Source: Lama glama
Taxonomy: Eukaryota
DNA: 64,000 bases
Assembly (NCBI GenBank): GCA_028534125.1
Contig: CM052816.1
Location: forward strand, 87,298,001 to 87,362,000
Direction of reading: 5' to 3'
Positions 1 to 12,768 of the stretch are shown in pieces; within the stretch, counting starts at the first letter, position 1; each line of letters starts with the position of its first letter. Both the position numbers and the translations under genes were made by a program. The notes beneath the pieces were generated by a model, which saw nothing but the letters and a program-made list of their open reading frames with translations, was not told the origin of the DNA and searched no databases.

Positions 1-26
1 CACTCTTCGGTTTCTTAAATAAAGAG

Positions 27-65
27 AAGCTCCTGAACGTGACAGTGGGAGTTTTCTAAAATCAG
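27..65 (+). CDS. Candidate small coding exon (EAPERDSGSFLKS), gene unidentified
   Basis: Strong donor CAG|GTAAGA at 63-71; AG at 23-24 or 25-26 after a short pyrimidine run; one open frame ending in phase 1. Confidence 0.25.
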
Positions 66-1009
66 GTAAGAATGGGTAAAAAATGCCGGGTAACATATGT
101 ACAAATTTCATACTAATGTAATTACAGCATCAGATTTAGGAAATGATTCAGGGTAATATCGGAAAACTCTAATCCAACATTGGTATAAGAACACATTTGA
201 ATGGAAGCATTTTTGCAAATAAATATGATTATGCTAAACAGACTGCTTAAGATCCTTCTACGGGCTGTTATTCCAAAAAGTACAGTTGGATGGTTCGTTT
301 CTTATTGTAGCAAGAATACAAGAGAATGGGAATGCATCCTTCTGTCTAAATTTTCACGAGGTTAAAAAAAGAAAAGTTAAATTTGTACTTTCCCAAGAAC
401 CAGCCTTCCAACTCCGCTGATTAGTAGGGTGATAGATCTACCTTCTAGCCTACAAAATAAATAAAATAAGAAATGCTCTCTGGCTATTGCAGTGATTCAG
501 CTCCCATCTCCTGTTTTATGTGCACCGAGCAGATAACAGTTCTACCTACAATTGTAGGCACATGTGGAATGAGTATGTGTGTGTAACTGTTGATACACAT
601 AATATTTGCTGTATCTAATGATATAAGCATACTGACGGTCTACAAATGTCTACATTGATTAATAGGGACTTATATGTAAAGTTACATTTATTTATTTTCA
701 AGTCAAAGATTCAACAAGAAATTTGCCTCTTTTCCACTGAAAAGGCCAGTCAATGGCATATCATACTCCAACGTGTAAAGCTTCTTAGTTTTCAAAAATG
801 AAACAGGAAATAAAATATATTTTGATAAATCAGATAATTTAATGGATTTAATGTAAACATAAATCACTGTAGTAGTCATTGTGACTTGATTTTCTGTAAT
901 TATTGAGTGAAAGTCTGATATAGTAGATAAATACACTTTATAATGTCATTTGTCATGTAAATGGCAGAGCTGAGGTCCAGAATCAGATATAAGCTGTTTA
1001 ATTTATATG

Positions 1010-1418
1010 CTACCACATAATGATCCCTCCATGGACCTTATGCTTACATGTGAGTCTTGGGAAGCCCTTCCCTTTGGAAGAATAAATATATCAGTAATGC
1101 TGATTGGCATCAGGCTTACACTGTGATTTGTTTTGGCCAATTTAATGTTGGCAAAGTAACTCGTACCAATTCCCAATAGAAGTTTTGGGAATCAGCTTTA
1201 GATCATCTGGGTATCTTCTTTCTCTCTGCTAGAAGACTATGTTCTGGATAGGGACACTTTTCAGTCTGCATTCTTGAGTAAGGCTGACATGTAGCAAAGC
1301 CACAGCTGACCCACCACGGACAGATAACTAATAGAAAAAAGAACCTCCATTATTTTAAGCCAATTTTTTTTTGCATTATCTGTTGATGCACCATATCTTG
1401 GTATAAACTTACATGATA
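1010..1418 (+). mobile_element. Old MaLR LTR (MLT1G/H/J-like)
   Basis: MLT1-type motifs tgtgatttgttttggccaat and aacctccattattttaagccaa; highly diverged. Confidence 0.55.
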
Positions 1419-2282
1419 TGGAATTTTTAAAATATTAGAATACATTATCATAATTTTAGGAATAATTTAAGTAGAAAAGAATGGATGAAATTGATAATAT
1501 GTTTTTTTACTCTCATGGGATTTAAAACTCAAACTCCTCTTTGATTTAACTGTGCAACTACCTTATAAATTGTCTAAAAATGTGTGCATGTTCACCATAA
1601 TAAATTCTGCATGCTTTTCAAAGACTGAGACTCAAATAATCACTGTTTCATAGCCTAAGATGCCCTTGCCATATGGTAAGTGCAAATGTTTCCAAAGCAG
1701 CAAATGTTCTGTCAGGGAGTCTCACTGATGTTTTGATTGGATTGCTCTATTATCTGAACACGTCTGCCAAAAGAATGCACCTGCACAATAAAGAGCGTAG
1801 AGGAGCTGCCAGGCTGCAACAGCGGAAGGGAAGTAAAGCGTGTGCTGACAAGTTAGCTGTCATCCTCAGATCTACCGATGAGGTTATGATAGACGCCTCT
1901 GTGTACTTGATGTCTCACGATAACTTCTGTACACCAGGAAGAACCTTATGTCTTGGGAATCCATTAGAAAATTGGACTGAAGATAGAGAACAAAGAGAAC
2001 ATTTGGGGTTTCTGCTACAAAGTCTCTTTTTAAGAGATGTTAAAACATAACTGGCAAAAAAGCAATGTATGTTCTTTCTTTCACTGTTTCTCTTTGAGGT
2101 TCCAAGATTCCTCAGATGCATTATAGGATTTTAGTGTACTTTATTTTAAGAAAATAAGTGGTTTTATGTTTTTCTACATGCAACAAAAATATGAAGTTGA
2201 ATTTGGAGAAAAACATTCCTCAAGATCTACGTGATCAGTATCATCTGGCCTTCTTAAATTATCAAGTGTTCTTTGTTTATTT

Positions 2283-2432
2283 TCATATTCGTTTTCATTA
2301 AAGGTTATTACAAGATATTGAATACATTTCCCTGTGTTACACAGAAGAAATTTGTATTTTTATCTATTTTCATATATAGTAGTTAACATTTGCAAATCTC
2401 AAACTCCCAAATTTATCCCTTCCCACCCCCTT
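2283..2432 (-). mobile_element. Young L1 3' UTR fragment lacking the terminal segment
   Basis: Closely matches the L1 tails at 12528-12768 and 26492-26760 (catttgcaaatctcaaactcccaaatttatcccttccc). Confidence 0.8.
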
Positions 2433-2664
2433 GTTTCTGAACAGAACTATAGAAAGTACAAATGCTACGACAAATCATGAGTAAAATGATTGTCAGTATG
2501 CAGTCATCTTATTTGTATTATTCCAGTTTTTCCCTGTCAAGAATGAAAGTGAAAGTAGGCACCCTTTAAACACCCCCACAAACACACTCTCTTTATTTGA
2601 TTAATACATTTGCTGCAAGTAGTTAATTTTTTAATTTAATTTTTTGTTCTCCGTCTCTACACAG

Positions 2665-2688
2665 CAGAAGCTGGAGAACAGATTGAAG
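2665..2688 (+). CDS. Candidate 24-nt microexon (AEAGEQIE in phase 1)
   Basis: Long pyrimidine tract ttttttgttctccgtctctacacag, tandem CAGCAG acceptor, donor AAG|GTGTAC, length divisible by 3. Confidence 0.3.
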
Positions 2689-3926
2689 GTGTACTTCTAT
2701 TTTTTCATGAAAAATGCAAGTCGCTTTACTATTTAATATATAAATACAATAAGAAATTTAAATTCTACCATAACATCAACTAAAACTTTGTCCAATGCCA
2801 GACAAGCTGTTTGCCTCAGAAACATCACAGTAGCAGCTTTGTAATTTATCATCTTTGCATCTTCTCAGAATTAAGCCAAAGAGAACATTTTTTTTAAATT
2901 ATATACTTTATGTTGATTTAAGTGAATAGCCTATATATTATAAAAATAATTCCACAAATAGTCTGGTACTTTTTACACGGTAACTATAAAATAACAGGGG
3001 AAAGATAGTCCCTCTGACTCTCTAATTCAATTATGTCATAAAACTCATTGTGTACTTCAAAAATAAATTAACTCAAGATGTTACTCAACACCCCATCTGC
3101 TATATTGCCTTAAATGCATTCCATGGAACCTGGATAACTTTAAGTGGTTTTCCATCAAAAGCCAAGGGCTGTTTTTTAATGTTCAACTTTGTTTCGGAAA
3201 CGACCTCATAAACTTTTTGATGATTTTCTTTTCTTTTCCTTCTCTCTTTCTCTTCCTGTATGAAGGAAAAATACACTGCAAAATGTTCTTACCTGCTGTC
3301 TTTTATGTAAATTACTTTCGACTGCAGTTTGAAACTTTTAAAGAAAAATAAAGCTCACACCACATTCTTGCAATGCAAAAAGGCATTTTTAGAAGAAAGA
3401 GTGGAAATACCTCCAAATCGATTCCCTCTTTTATTTCTTGTTCTTTCTAGTATTCACTGCTTTATGGTAAAAAGTATTGTTCAAAACAATTTAAATGTAT
3501 TTTTTGAAATGCTATCCTTTAAATAAAGAATAGGAGAACAATTATGGCAACTTTCTTACCTGAGATTATTTGTTCACTGAATTCAACTTTATTCCTAGAA
3601 AAATTTGTGTATCATTGTAGATAAAGCAGTGTAAAACCACCCCTCCAGTTACTCAGTTGAAGTCACTACTTGAATGGCCATGTGACTGTTAAAGTGGAAC
3701 ATGGGTTTTCTTCTCTACCAGAAGTACAGTGCATGGGTGCAGTACAGGCACAATATAAACTGATGAAGAGAATGTGGGAAGGAAGAAGAAGGAAGGGAGG
3801 AAGGGAAAGAAAGGAAGGAAGAAAGATCACAAGATGGAACGTTAGTAAAAGAAAAACAAACCAATGACACTAGCAACAATTGGAAAAGAAATGCTTGAAA
3901 TTCTGTTTTAAAAATACCAAAACCTA

Positions 3927-4010
3927 GGGGGATGGGTATAGCTCAATAGTAGAGCACATGCTTAGCATGCACGAGGTCCTCAGTTCAATCTACAATACAT
4001 CCAAAACATT
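3927..4010 (+). mobile_element. tRNA-Ala(AGC)-derived SINE (camelid Vic-1-like), short copy inside an old L1
   Basis: ggggatgggtatagctcaatagtagagcacatgcttagcatgcacgaggtcctcagttcaatc: A box, AGC anticodon arm, degenerate B box; similar to the copy at 30940. Confidence 0.85.
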
Positions 4011-4014
4011 TTTT

Positions 4015-4660
4015 AAAAACATAAAATACTTAGAAATAAATGTGACAAGAGACAGTGAAGATTTGTTCAGTGAAAACTGCCTAACTCTGATAAACAAAAT
4101 TTACAAAGACTTAAATGGAGAGATATCCCTTGTTGTTGAATTGAAAGATTCAATTCCATTAAGCTATCAATTATTAACAAATTGTCTAAAGATTACACAA
4201 AAATTCTAATCAAAATTCTTAGTCTTCTTTTTTTCCTGAAAATTGACTAGATTAGTTGAAATAATTTTTAAAACCAAGAATAAATTGGAGGACTGACAGT
4301 CCTTGATTTCAATATTTATTATGAAAGTGCACAAATCAAGCCAGTGTTTTACTGGTGAAAGAATGAACATATAATCAATGGGAGGAAATAAGAGTTCAGA
4401 AATGGACCCTCAACTGTATGGCCCACCGATTTTTTAGCAGAGGTACCAAGAGACTATGATGATGCAAGAAAAGCCATTTCAGCATATAGTGCCAAAACAT
4501 TGATATGCCTATGAAGGAAAACAAACATTGATCTTTACTTCACACCATACCTCCAAATTAAACAGGATAAAAGATCTAAATTTAAATATTAAATACATAA
4601 CACTCATAGAAAGGAAATGGGAGAAAAGCTTTGCAAACTTATTATGATAAATTAAAAAAA
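4015..4660 (+). mobile_element. Old L1M (L1ME-like) ORF2 3' fragment
   Basis: ataaaatacttagaaataaat...ttaaatggagagatatccc...ctttacttcacaccatac are L1 ORF2 signatures, degenerate. Confidence 0.75.
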
Positions 4661-5187
4661 TGCTTTTTTGTAGCAAATACGTACATTAAGCACAATGCCT
4701 TTGCTCTGAAAGAGAGGACTGCTGGGACACATGGACTGTAGCAGGGGCTGTATTCTAACAGCACCCAGAATTAATGCTACTTTCTATAGTTCCCACGTTC
4801 CTTTCTCTTTTGTGCAACACAACTTCATTGATGTCAATTCCAGGCCATGACAAATTGCTGTATGATGTTAATAGTTAAACTATGTAAAATACATAAATCT
4901 CAGTCTTCCTCAGTAGACTGAAGAGTCAAATGCTTCCTGAAATTATACGTGTAAACCGGTTGGAACAGAATCCCAAGGAGAATAATCTCATACGTAGGAT
5001 TTGGAAAACGCAGGTGTTTTTCAAAAATTAGTCTCACTTTGCCTGACAGTAAATACTACACAATATTCTTGAAGGATACAAGGACTGGGTTAAATTTCTT
5101 AGCTTAAATGATTATGGATAAGAGAACAAACTTGCTCAAATTCATGTGGTACCCGGATTCACATCACCGATGAGTAGAATATTCAGT

Positions 5188-5223
5188 TCATATCTAAGCT
5201 AAATAACTCATATCTAAGCTAAA
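5188..5223. repeat. Tandem duplication, 16-nt identical unit, period 20
   Basis: tcatatctaagctaaa at 5188 and 5208. Confidence 0.9.
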
Positions 5224-6679
5224 ACAGGAAGGTAACTTGGCTCCCTAAGAGAGCTTTAGGCAGGCTTCAAGGCCTCTCTTTTTCATCCAACCTGGGAAAT
5301 CTTGCAGCAAGAAAGAAGAGACCACAAATAATATAATAGTAATAAATAATAATAATGGAATGAAATCGTGCTTTTCAGCACTCAAACTGAGACTCAGTTA
5401 CCCTCAAGTGAGAGGAGCCAACAATATTTATGAAAACCTATTCCTGATGCTTGAAGGAAAAATAGGGGTTGATGAGGAAAAAATGTTTCTAATCTTCATT
5501 TCAAGAATTGAAATGACTGACTGTTCATTACTCATAGTAACAACTAACCACTAGATCTGGCAATAAACCCATCCCGATCAGTCAGTGAGCGCTCTCCACA
5601 CGCACCTCTGAAAGCCAGCTGATAAATGACAGACACACACTCCAGAAAGTCACACACTCCATCAGCAAGAGCCTCACTCCAGCAAACATCCTTTCGCTAA
5701 GGTCAGCCAGCCCAAACTCTGCTTCTGAAGGGCTACTTGTCGCTACACTCAGCATTTCTAAAAATTCTATGTGGAAACAGAGTTTTGCTTTGTTTAGGGA
5801 GATTAGCTCATACGCACAGGTCCTTCTTGTTTATTAGAAATTATTTCAGGGTATTTTTTTCCAGATCCTGATTGATGACCTCTTCCTTCCATAGCCTTTA
5901 CTTGCCATTAAGTATATATGAAGTCTGCCATCTGCCTCTGTTACTTTCCAAGTAGCTTTCTACCGTCTTCAAAGAACATACTCTTGGTGACAAAGTGACT
6001 GTAAACGCCAAATGCAATCACAAACTGGCCATTCTGGGTTGGTGCTCTTTCTCATTCCAGAGTATGTTAATTTCAGGTAATTATTAAAATATAAATATGT
6101 GCATTCAAAAGTCATATCGAAAGTTATAAACTCTAGATTATATGCCTGGATCTTCAGGGTTCTACAGTCCTCAGACATTAACACTCTGGACAAATACCTA
6201 AATCTCATAGTCTTACGGCTGGAAAATACACGTCTCCATCTTCAGCTGGTCCTCTGACCTTTGAGCCAATGGAAAGAGTAGTTGAACCAACAGGTGGGCT
6301 GAGATAGTGTATTCTGTGAGTCAATCAGGTTAGGAACACTGCTCTCTTCAGGCAGGACTAAGAAAATCTGAGGGACCGACCCTCCAGGCTACAAATGGAA
6401 GTTTAAGGCAGGCATATACTGTTTTGTCAATTTCTTCATTCAATACATATTCATCGAATCCTTATCTTGAGATTCTGTGATAGGTGCTTATACAGATCGC
6501 GTAACACTTCAGCACACTGGATTTAGGGATGGTTTTCACAAAAGTGTGTGAGAGATCAGAGACTGGATGATCAAGAGATACTCTAAATGTGATGGAACAA
6601 CTCTCCAGAACTAAACACAGGGCCATTGGACAAACGGACTGAGGTACTTGAGGTGAAATTCTTCTGGACAACTTTACAT

Positions 6680-6970
6680 GAGCATTCGCTGAATATTTTT
6701 AAGTCTCTACTTAAGTGCTGCCACAGTGATAAGATTATAAAAAAAACATGGATGCCAGTATCTCCTCAAAGGAATCTCAGTTTAGTGGGAAATGCAGATA
6801 TAAAAAATGTACTTGCACTGAAACTTAGAGATGCCATCAAAGGGAATTACAGGTGGCTCTGAGAGCACATGGAAGAAGGACCTTGCAAGTCAAAGAAGTG
6901 ATCCCAAAGAGGTGAAATCTTGGTTGAGACTGACAAGGGGAGAAGCAATTCTTGAAAGGGTGGGAGAAAG
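6680..6970 (-). mobile_element. L2 fragment
   Basis: cattcgctgaatattttt...cctcaaaggaatctcagtttagtggg...gagagcacatggaagaagga resembles the antisense L2 3' end. Confidence 0.5.
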
Positions 6971-7254
6971 TTGCTTCCCATATAATGGGTCCAAGTAGAA
7001 AGTCCCAGTTGTCCCTCCTGAAACCTGTTTTTCACCTGACTGGCAGCACAGCACACAATTTTGGAAACTGTCTTTGATTCCTCTTACTGTACAGCTCTGA
7101 CAACAAAAAACTTAACGTCTTATTTTTATTTCCTAAAATAGTGTTGCTGTTTTTTCATTCTTTGACTCCTTTTCCACTGCTACTGAAATTTAGAGAGAAA
7201 TCTGCGCCATTCTTGTATTTGAAAAAGTATCAACAGCGTGTTTGAGGTGTGGCA

Positions 7255-7355
7255 TCCGGGAGTGAGTACCATATCAGATTCATTTTTGTGCCTCAATATC
7301 TAACACAGTGCCTGGCATACACAGGTGCTCCATAAAAGTCTGGCAAATAAATACA
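7255..7355 (+). mobile_element. L2 3' terminus
   Basis: tctaacacagtgcctggcatacacaggtgctccataaaagtctggcaaataaat. Confidence 0.7.
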
Positions 7356-7569
7356 CAACTTTTGATTGTATTAGTCAGGTTTATCAGTCAAGCCCAGTGA
7401 TGAAAACGGTAGGAACAAGTTTTTGTGAAAAGAGGCAGAGCCTTTCATGTCATACTCCGAATGCTTTATGCTCGCTGATCCAGTAGGTGAATCTCCAATG
7501 AAGATGTTGGGAAAAGTTAAGGTATGTTAAGGGAACAAGCTTTTTTGATTTATAGATCTGGGGACTATA

Positions 7570-8150
7570 GGCTGTTTTATCCCAGGTTCCCCCCAAAACG
7601 GACCCTGAGATGAGGAATCAGCTACGATGCTAAATCAGAAAAGAATAACTGCAGCACAGTAGCAGTAAGGGAAAAGAACATAAGACAGGCTGGACTAGCA
7701 GGAGACCACACGGTGACGTGTTCCTGCTCCAGCCACTGCTTCACGCTGAATCTTGAAGAGACACAGACGATTGGTTGGTACTTTCACCTGCTTGGCCCCA
7801 GAATATCACAAGCCAGACTGTATGGAGAAATGACACCTGAAATAAATAGCCCTGTGTGGGGAGGGAAAAAGGGAGCTGTCATTTGCCTGTTTTGTCTGAT
7901 CGCCAGTGCCTCAGTATTCAAATGGTCCCATGAGAGAATTAACACTGCGTTCACCAGCGCATTGGGCAGCAGCCAGGAAGCCAAATCCTATGCCCTGCTA
8001 CATACCCTTTCAGTTACATCCGGAGGGGGCTAGAGGATTTGGGTTCTTTAAGAGAAGTTTGCAGGAGACTGACTGGAGAAAGAGGCTGAGGTCATAAAGT
8101 TAGGCGAAGCTGAAAGAACCTGGGGAATTCTGTGAAAGGTGTTCAGTATA
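7570..8150 (-). mobile_element. Old ERVL LTR (LTR16-like)
   Basis: aggttcccccaaaacggaccctgagatgaggaatc matches the antisense LTR16-type terminus; GC-richer than flanks. Confidence 0.55.
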
Positions 8151-8596
8151 TATGCTGAGAAAGATCTCTAGCAAGGAAATGACAGCTTCACATTCCAATT
8201 TGCCTGAAATATAGAATTTAATGGAAACATTGTTTTCATAGGACTAGCGGATGAGCAATAATTTCCATGTGACTAGTCAGCAATTTCTTCATTTTTCTAA
8301 TCTCCAACCTTCAACAAGAAGAAAACAATGACAACATGTATTTGAATGAATGATTCCCCAGCATATAATTTTATCTTCTGATATGTAAATCAGTACAGCG
8401 GTGGCACTATGTTCATATTTTACCTGCCTCTGCATTACTTCTTAAAAATACATCCCTCTTCGTAGGTATTGATAACTTGTACCTTATTTTCTATTCTTAA
8501 TTATAACAATATTGATGTAGACTTATGTTTCTTAAATTAGCAGAACTTGTATTGGTGTATTATTTATTAGTTTAATTAATGGATTTCTTTTTACAG

Positions 8597-8628
8597 AATA
8601 TGAAGTGGTTAAAAATGAGAACAGTTGA
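8597..8628 (+). CDS. Candidate last coding exon (EYEVVKNENS-stop in phase 1)
   Basis: Acceptor tttctttttacag at 8584-8596 with TTAAT just upstream; TGA at 8626-8628. Confidence 0.25.
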
Positions 8629-8734
8629 AAGTCTTTGCTAAAGAAATAAGTGTATGTTAAAAGTGTAAGCTCGTTACCAAAAAGGAATGATGGAAAACAC
8701 TTTACTTAAAGTTTAGTTTTAGTTGTAGATGCAT

Positions 8735-9243
8735 TGTATGACTCAGGGTTCTCCAGAAAAACAGAAGCAATAGGATAGATAGGTAAACAGATGCCAGGTA
8801 GACGCATTATGAGGAATGGGTTTATGTGACTATGGAAGCTGAGAAGCCCCACAACCTGCCATCTGCAAGCTGGAGACCCAGGAAACCCTGTGGCATAATT
8901 CAGTTTGTGTCCGAAGGTCGGGAACTAAAAGAGTCGATGCTGTAAACCCCAGCCCAAGGGCAGGAGAAGATTGGATGGAACATCTAATCACAAACAGTAA
9001 GGCAGGGAAAAAAGAGAGAATTTCTCCTCCTTCAGCTTTTGGTCTAATCAGTGGATTTGGTCTATTCAATCCCTCAATGGATTGAATGATGTCCACCCAC
9101 ATTGGGGAAGACTAACTACTTCACTGAGTCCACTGATTCCAGTGCTAATCTCATCCAGCAACACCCTCACAGACACACTCAGAAATAATGTTTAACCTGG
9201 GCGCCCACGGCAGGTCAAGTTGACACATAAAAGTAACAATCAC
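8735..9243 (-). mobile_element. MLT2 (ERVL) solo LTR, MLT2B/D-like
   Basis: cagggttctccagaaaaacagaagcaatagga...ctgcaagctggagacccagg...caagttgacacataaaagtaacaatcac, both termini recognisable. Confidence 0.9.
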
Positions 9244-10719
9244 CTATATTAAAAGAATTCAGTACTTGGAAGAGTCGGCTCTGTATTTTATCACACATAT
9301 AAAGCCTTTAGTGCAAGTTATTGATAATTATATAAACCATTTTGACAATGATTTATTATGAAATGCTGGAATTAATTGGGTTTTAATTGTGAATGAGCCA
9401 AAGCACTTGATCTTAAAATAGGATTTTTGAGATTTCTTGTTAGGATAGGGTAGAAGAGCTAGAAATATAATAAGTTTTGTTCTGTTTCGTTTTCCAGTGG
9501 GAGAGAGTTAGAGGTTCTTGTCTATAACAAGTGAACTAGAGGGAATAATTTACCATTTTATGCTTTAGTTGCCCAACTGATAAAGAAAAAAATATTGCTT
9601 CCTCCCGACCTACATGGTGTATATCACCTGGAGGTCTGTCCATAAAATAAACCCAGGCCAAACTCACCTTTTTAATAACATTTCTGACAGTCTCTTGCAT
9701 CCTATTATTTAAATTTTGAATCATAGCTAAAATGCACAGACGTCTTTCATATTCTTTAGCTTCAGATAATCAGTCAAAACCTTCATTCTGCATCCAGTGA
9801 GTCAAAAGAAAAGGTTGGTTTTCTGGTCTCTTTATTTCTAAGTAGTTAAATTGAAAATTGGCCTCTTGAAAATAAGTACCCATCAAGGCTCCACTGGCCA
9901 ATACTGAATGTAAAGTTGACTATTATCTTTGCAAGATAAAATAAGTCAGATTCCTATGATGCTGGGTTTTCTTTTTTCAGGATGTGTTTTCTAGGATCTC
10001 TGATGAAACGGGGAATTAGGAACTCCTCTGCTGTACTGGTCACAGTGGCTGAACATGTGATAGGAGTGAAAACAAAGAAGTTTCTGTTTTATCTCTTGCT
10101 GTCTCAGGTTATTTAATTGGGTTCCTTTTCAACACACATTTTAGCATTTTATTAAAAAACCTATTTCAGCTTCTGGTTTTGTTTTTAAAATATGATAATC
10201 AAGTGTAATCATGTGCTAAATAATGTTCTGAATATGGTATGTTTTATGTAAAGGTGCCATTAGAGAGATGATTCAAAGCAACGAGGAACTTGCCAAAATG
10301 TACAAAATTTATACTTATACTCCTGGATAACTTGGGTAACTGCAAATGAATAGAATCATTACTAGAGGCATTTTCAGTGTTTTATCTCTGGTCTCTCTGT
10401 TAAGGGCTAAATGCCTTGGTCTAAATTAAGTTTATTGAATGCAATTTGAAAATGTGCCTTTCTAACTCAGAAATGTCCTATCTTTCTTCCCTATATTTTT
10501 CATTAAATTTCAGACACTAGTAGTTTGTAGCAATGCTGTGCATGTATTAACATTAAGTTCTTTACTTCACACGGTTTTGGGTGTTTGCTTTTCCTACATT
10601 TCATAAATTTGATGCTACCCAAACATAGTTTACTTTCTTATCAATCAACTTTATACATTTTTCTTTTGGCATTTCCAACCTGACATCTAAGATGTAGAAA
10701 TGTATGACTTGGTAAAGTG

Positions 10720-10870
10720 ACCAAGCAAAATGTAAAAGATAAAAAAGTAAATAAGTCTTTTATGTAGCTACAAAAATGAACACCTGTCAAAGGTCTTATT
10801 CAACTCATTTATTAATGAGAGAATAAATAAGATGCTGTAACAAATTCAAGGAGCTTTTGAAAAACTCTAC
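10720..10870. mobile_element. Ancient interspersed repeat fragment, family not assigned
   Basis: aaaggtcttattcaactcatttattaatgag resembles a mammal-wide repeat motif I recall but cannot name. Confidence 0.3.
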
Positions 10871-11285
10871 TCTTTCCTTTGAAGAGGACGTTTTCTGTGA
10901 AGAGACAAACCGTATTTACCATCATTCTGACTAAAATGGCCAAAGTACAGATGAGTGGAAATAATCTGTACAAATTCTTACGTTAAGTATCCGATATGTG
11001 GAATGATTCTTCAAAACACTTTGTTTACATGTGCCTTACTTATTTTTACATCATCTTCTCCTGACATATGTAAAGACTCTGAGGGGACAGGGTGATCGAA
11101 TTCAAAAATATTATTTTTCAAAATAACATTTCATTATTGTCTATGATGTGTCAGGCATTTTGCAATCAAGAAAGAGCAGCCAGCAAGACTGAACAGTGTC
11201 TATTTCAGGAACTGAAGCTCATATTTATGTCCTGATATCAAAACAAATAGCATGCTATTTAATAAAAATAACTCTTTTAATAGAA

Positions 11286-11286
<1 letters not shown>

Positions 11287-11322
<36 letters not shown>
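11287..11322. repeat. (TCTA)9 microsatellite
   Basis: Direct reading. Confidence 0.95.
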
Positions 11323-11323
<1 letters not shown>

Positions 11324-12527
11324 GTAGAAAAATGAGTTCAGATTCCAAGCACTTACTACAATTTAAAATTAGATTCTAGTCTTTATAATCAAGCAAACCA
11401 AGATCAAAATATCTCAACCCCAGAAATATTCTGTTTTCATAATGATAAAACTTTAAAAATGCTTTTGGGTATTCAGAGAGTTTAACAAAATAGTGCTTAT
11501 TTGGAAATAGTGAAGTAAAGTTTTGCCACATAGGATGGGTTACATAAGCAAGCCAAGACTGAAACGTGGGCCTGGGAACTGTTATATTGCAAACACTTGA
11601 TACAAAACTCATGGCATTTCACTAGTACATGCATTTTTATTTCTATCTTGATTTAATGAAAAAATGTCTTTTATATAATTTGAGGAAAGTATTCTATCTT
11701 TTTGATGAGGACATTCCCCCCCACACACCACATACAAATATTAATGTTTCAAAATCCCAAAGTGTAGAATCCTGCGCAATGTATGTTTGAAACTTCTTAC
11801 ACATATACACATACACAAACACATGCACAAACATACAAAGTCAAATTTTGAGGTCAAACTAAACCAATGTGGATATATTAACTAATTTGAAAGGACTTTT
11901 TCCTTCAGGAAGAATTCATATATTCTCTCTTTATAAAAATCTTTAAGGAGTCTGAGTTTAGAGCCAGTTTTCTGACATTCCCACAAAAAAATGTGACTAA
12001 TACTTTACATCTCTTGACTGACTTCCAATTTATTCATTTAATTTAATATAGAGGACTTGGATGAGTTAGTGTTCATGGTATAGGAATTTAATCCAGAATT
12101 TTGGATGCCTGGTGAAATATGTAGAACCGGGCCCTTGAAAGAGTTAGCATCATGCCTTTGGTAAAGAAACTTTTAAAATATTCTTTAGCTTCAAAACTAT
12201 AATATTTTTATTGTAGCATTATTAATGCTAGGCTATCAATAGATATTGAAACTAATTAACACATAGTTTGGAGCTCATCAGTGACAATCACTCACTTCTG
12301 CTGGGTGATACAGTAAAGTAGGCCAAGAGTTGCAGTAGACTGTGATAATAAAATGGTTCAAACACACAGAAAGCTATGAGCATCTATAAATACTCTAAGC
12401 AAAAGATCACATCTTTTCAGAAAATTATTTGTGAACCTTCAAATTTATGTAGCTCTTTTCTACCAAAATTGTATATAATTATAGATGATGCACCTATGGA
12501 AGTCTTAAATTTTGATTCAGCTATTCA

Positions 12528-12768
12528 CTTTTTTTTTTAATTGAAGTATAGTCAGTTACAAAGTGTCAGTTTCTGGTGTACAGCATAATGGCCTAGTCGT
12601 GCAAGTACATACATATATTCATTTTCATTAAAGGCTATTATAAAATATTGAATATAGTTCCCTGTGCATTACAGAAGAAATTTTCTAAATCAATTTTTAT
12701 ATAAAAGTATCTAATATTTGCAAATCTCAAACTCTCAAATTTGTCCCTTCCTACTCCCTTCCCCTGGT
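12528..12768 (-). mobile_element. Young 5'-truncated L1 3' end with poly(A) tail
   Basis: T run then aattgaagtatagtcagttac...caaatctcaaactctc; flanked by tattca on both sides (possible TSD). Confidence 0.9.

Noticed and set aside
1673..2050. 125-aa ORF and strong donor-like ATG|GTAAGT at 1673-1681
   Set aside because: No recognisable protein features; no acceptor upstream gives an exon compatible with the phase-1 chain
3101..3256. Minus-strand open frame EEKERRKRKENHQKVYEVV... after an acceptor-like site
   Set aside because: Driven by a low-complexity CT tract; only 36 nt from the 3293 donor, too short for an intron; no recognised homology
3927..4003. Possible tRNA-Ala gene (also 30940-31014)
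   Set aside because: Extra 5' bases, broken stems, A-rich tails and insertion into L1 sequence indicate SINEs
6061..6076. 16-nt AG...GT-bounded segment (EYVNF)
   Set aside because: Frame-shifting, weak donor, expected by chance
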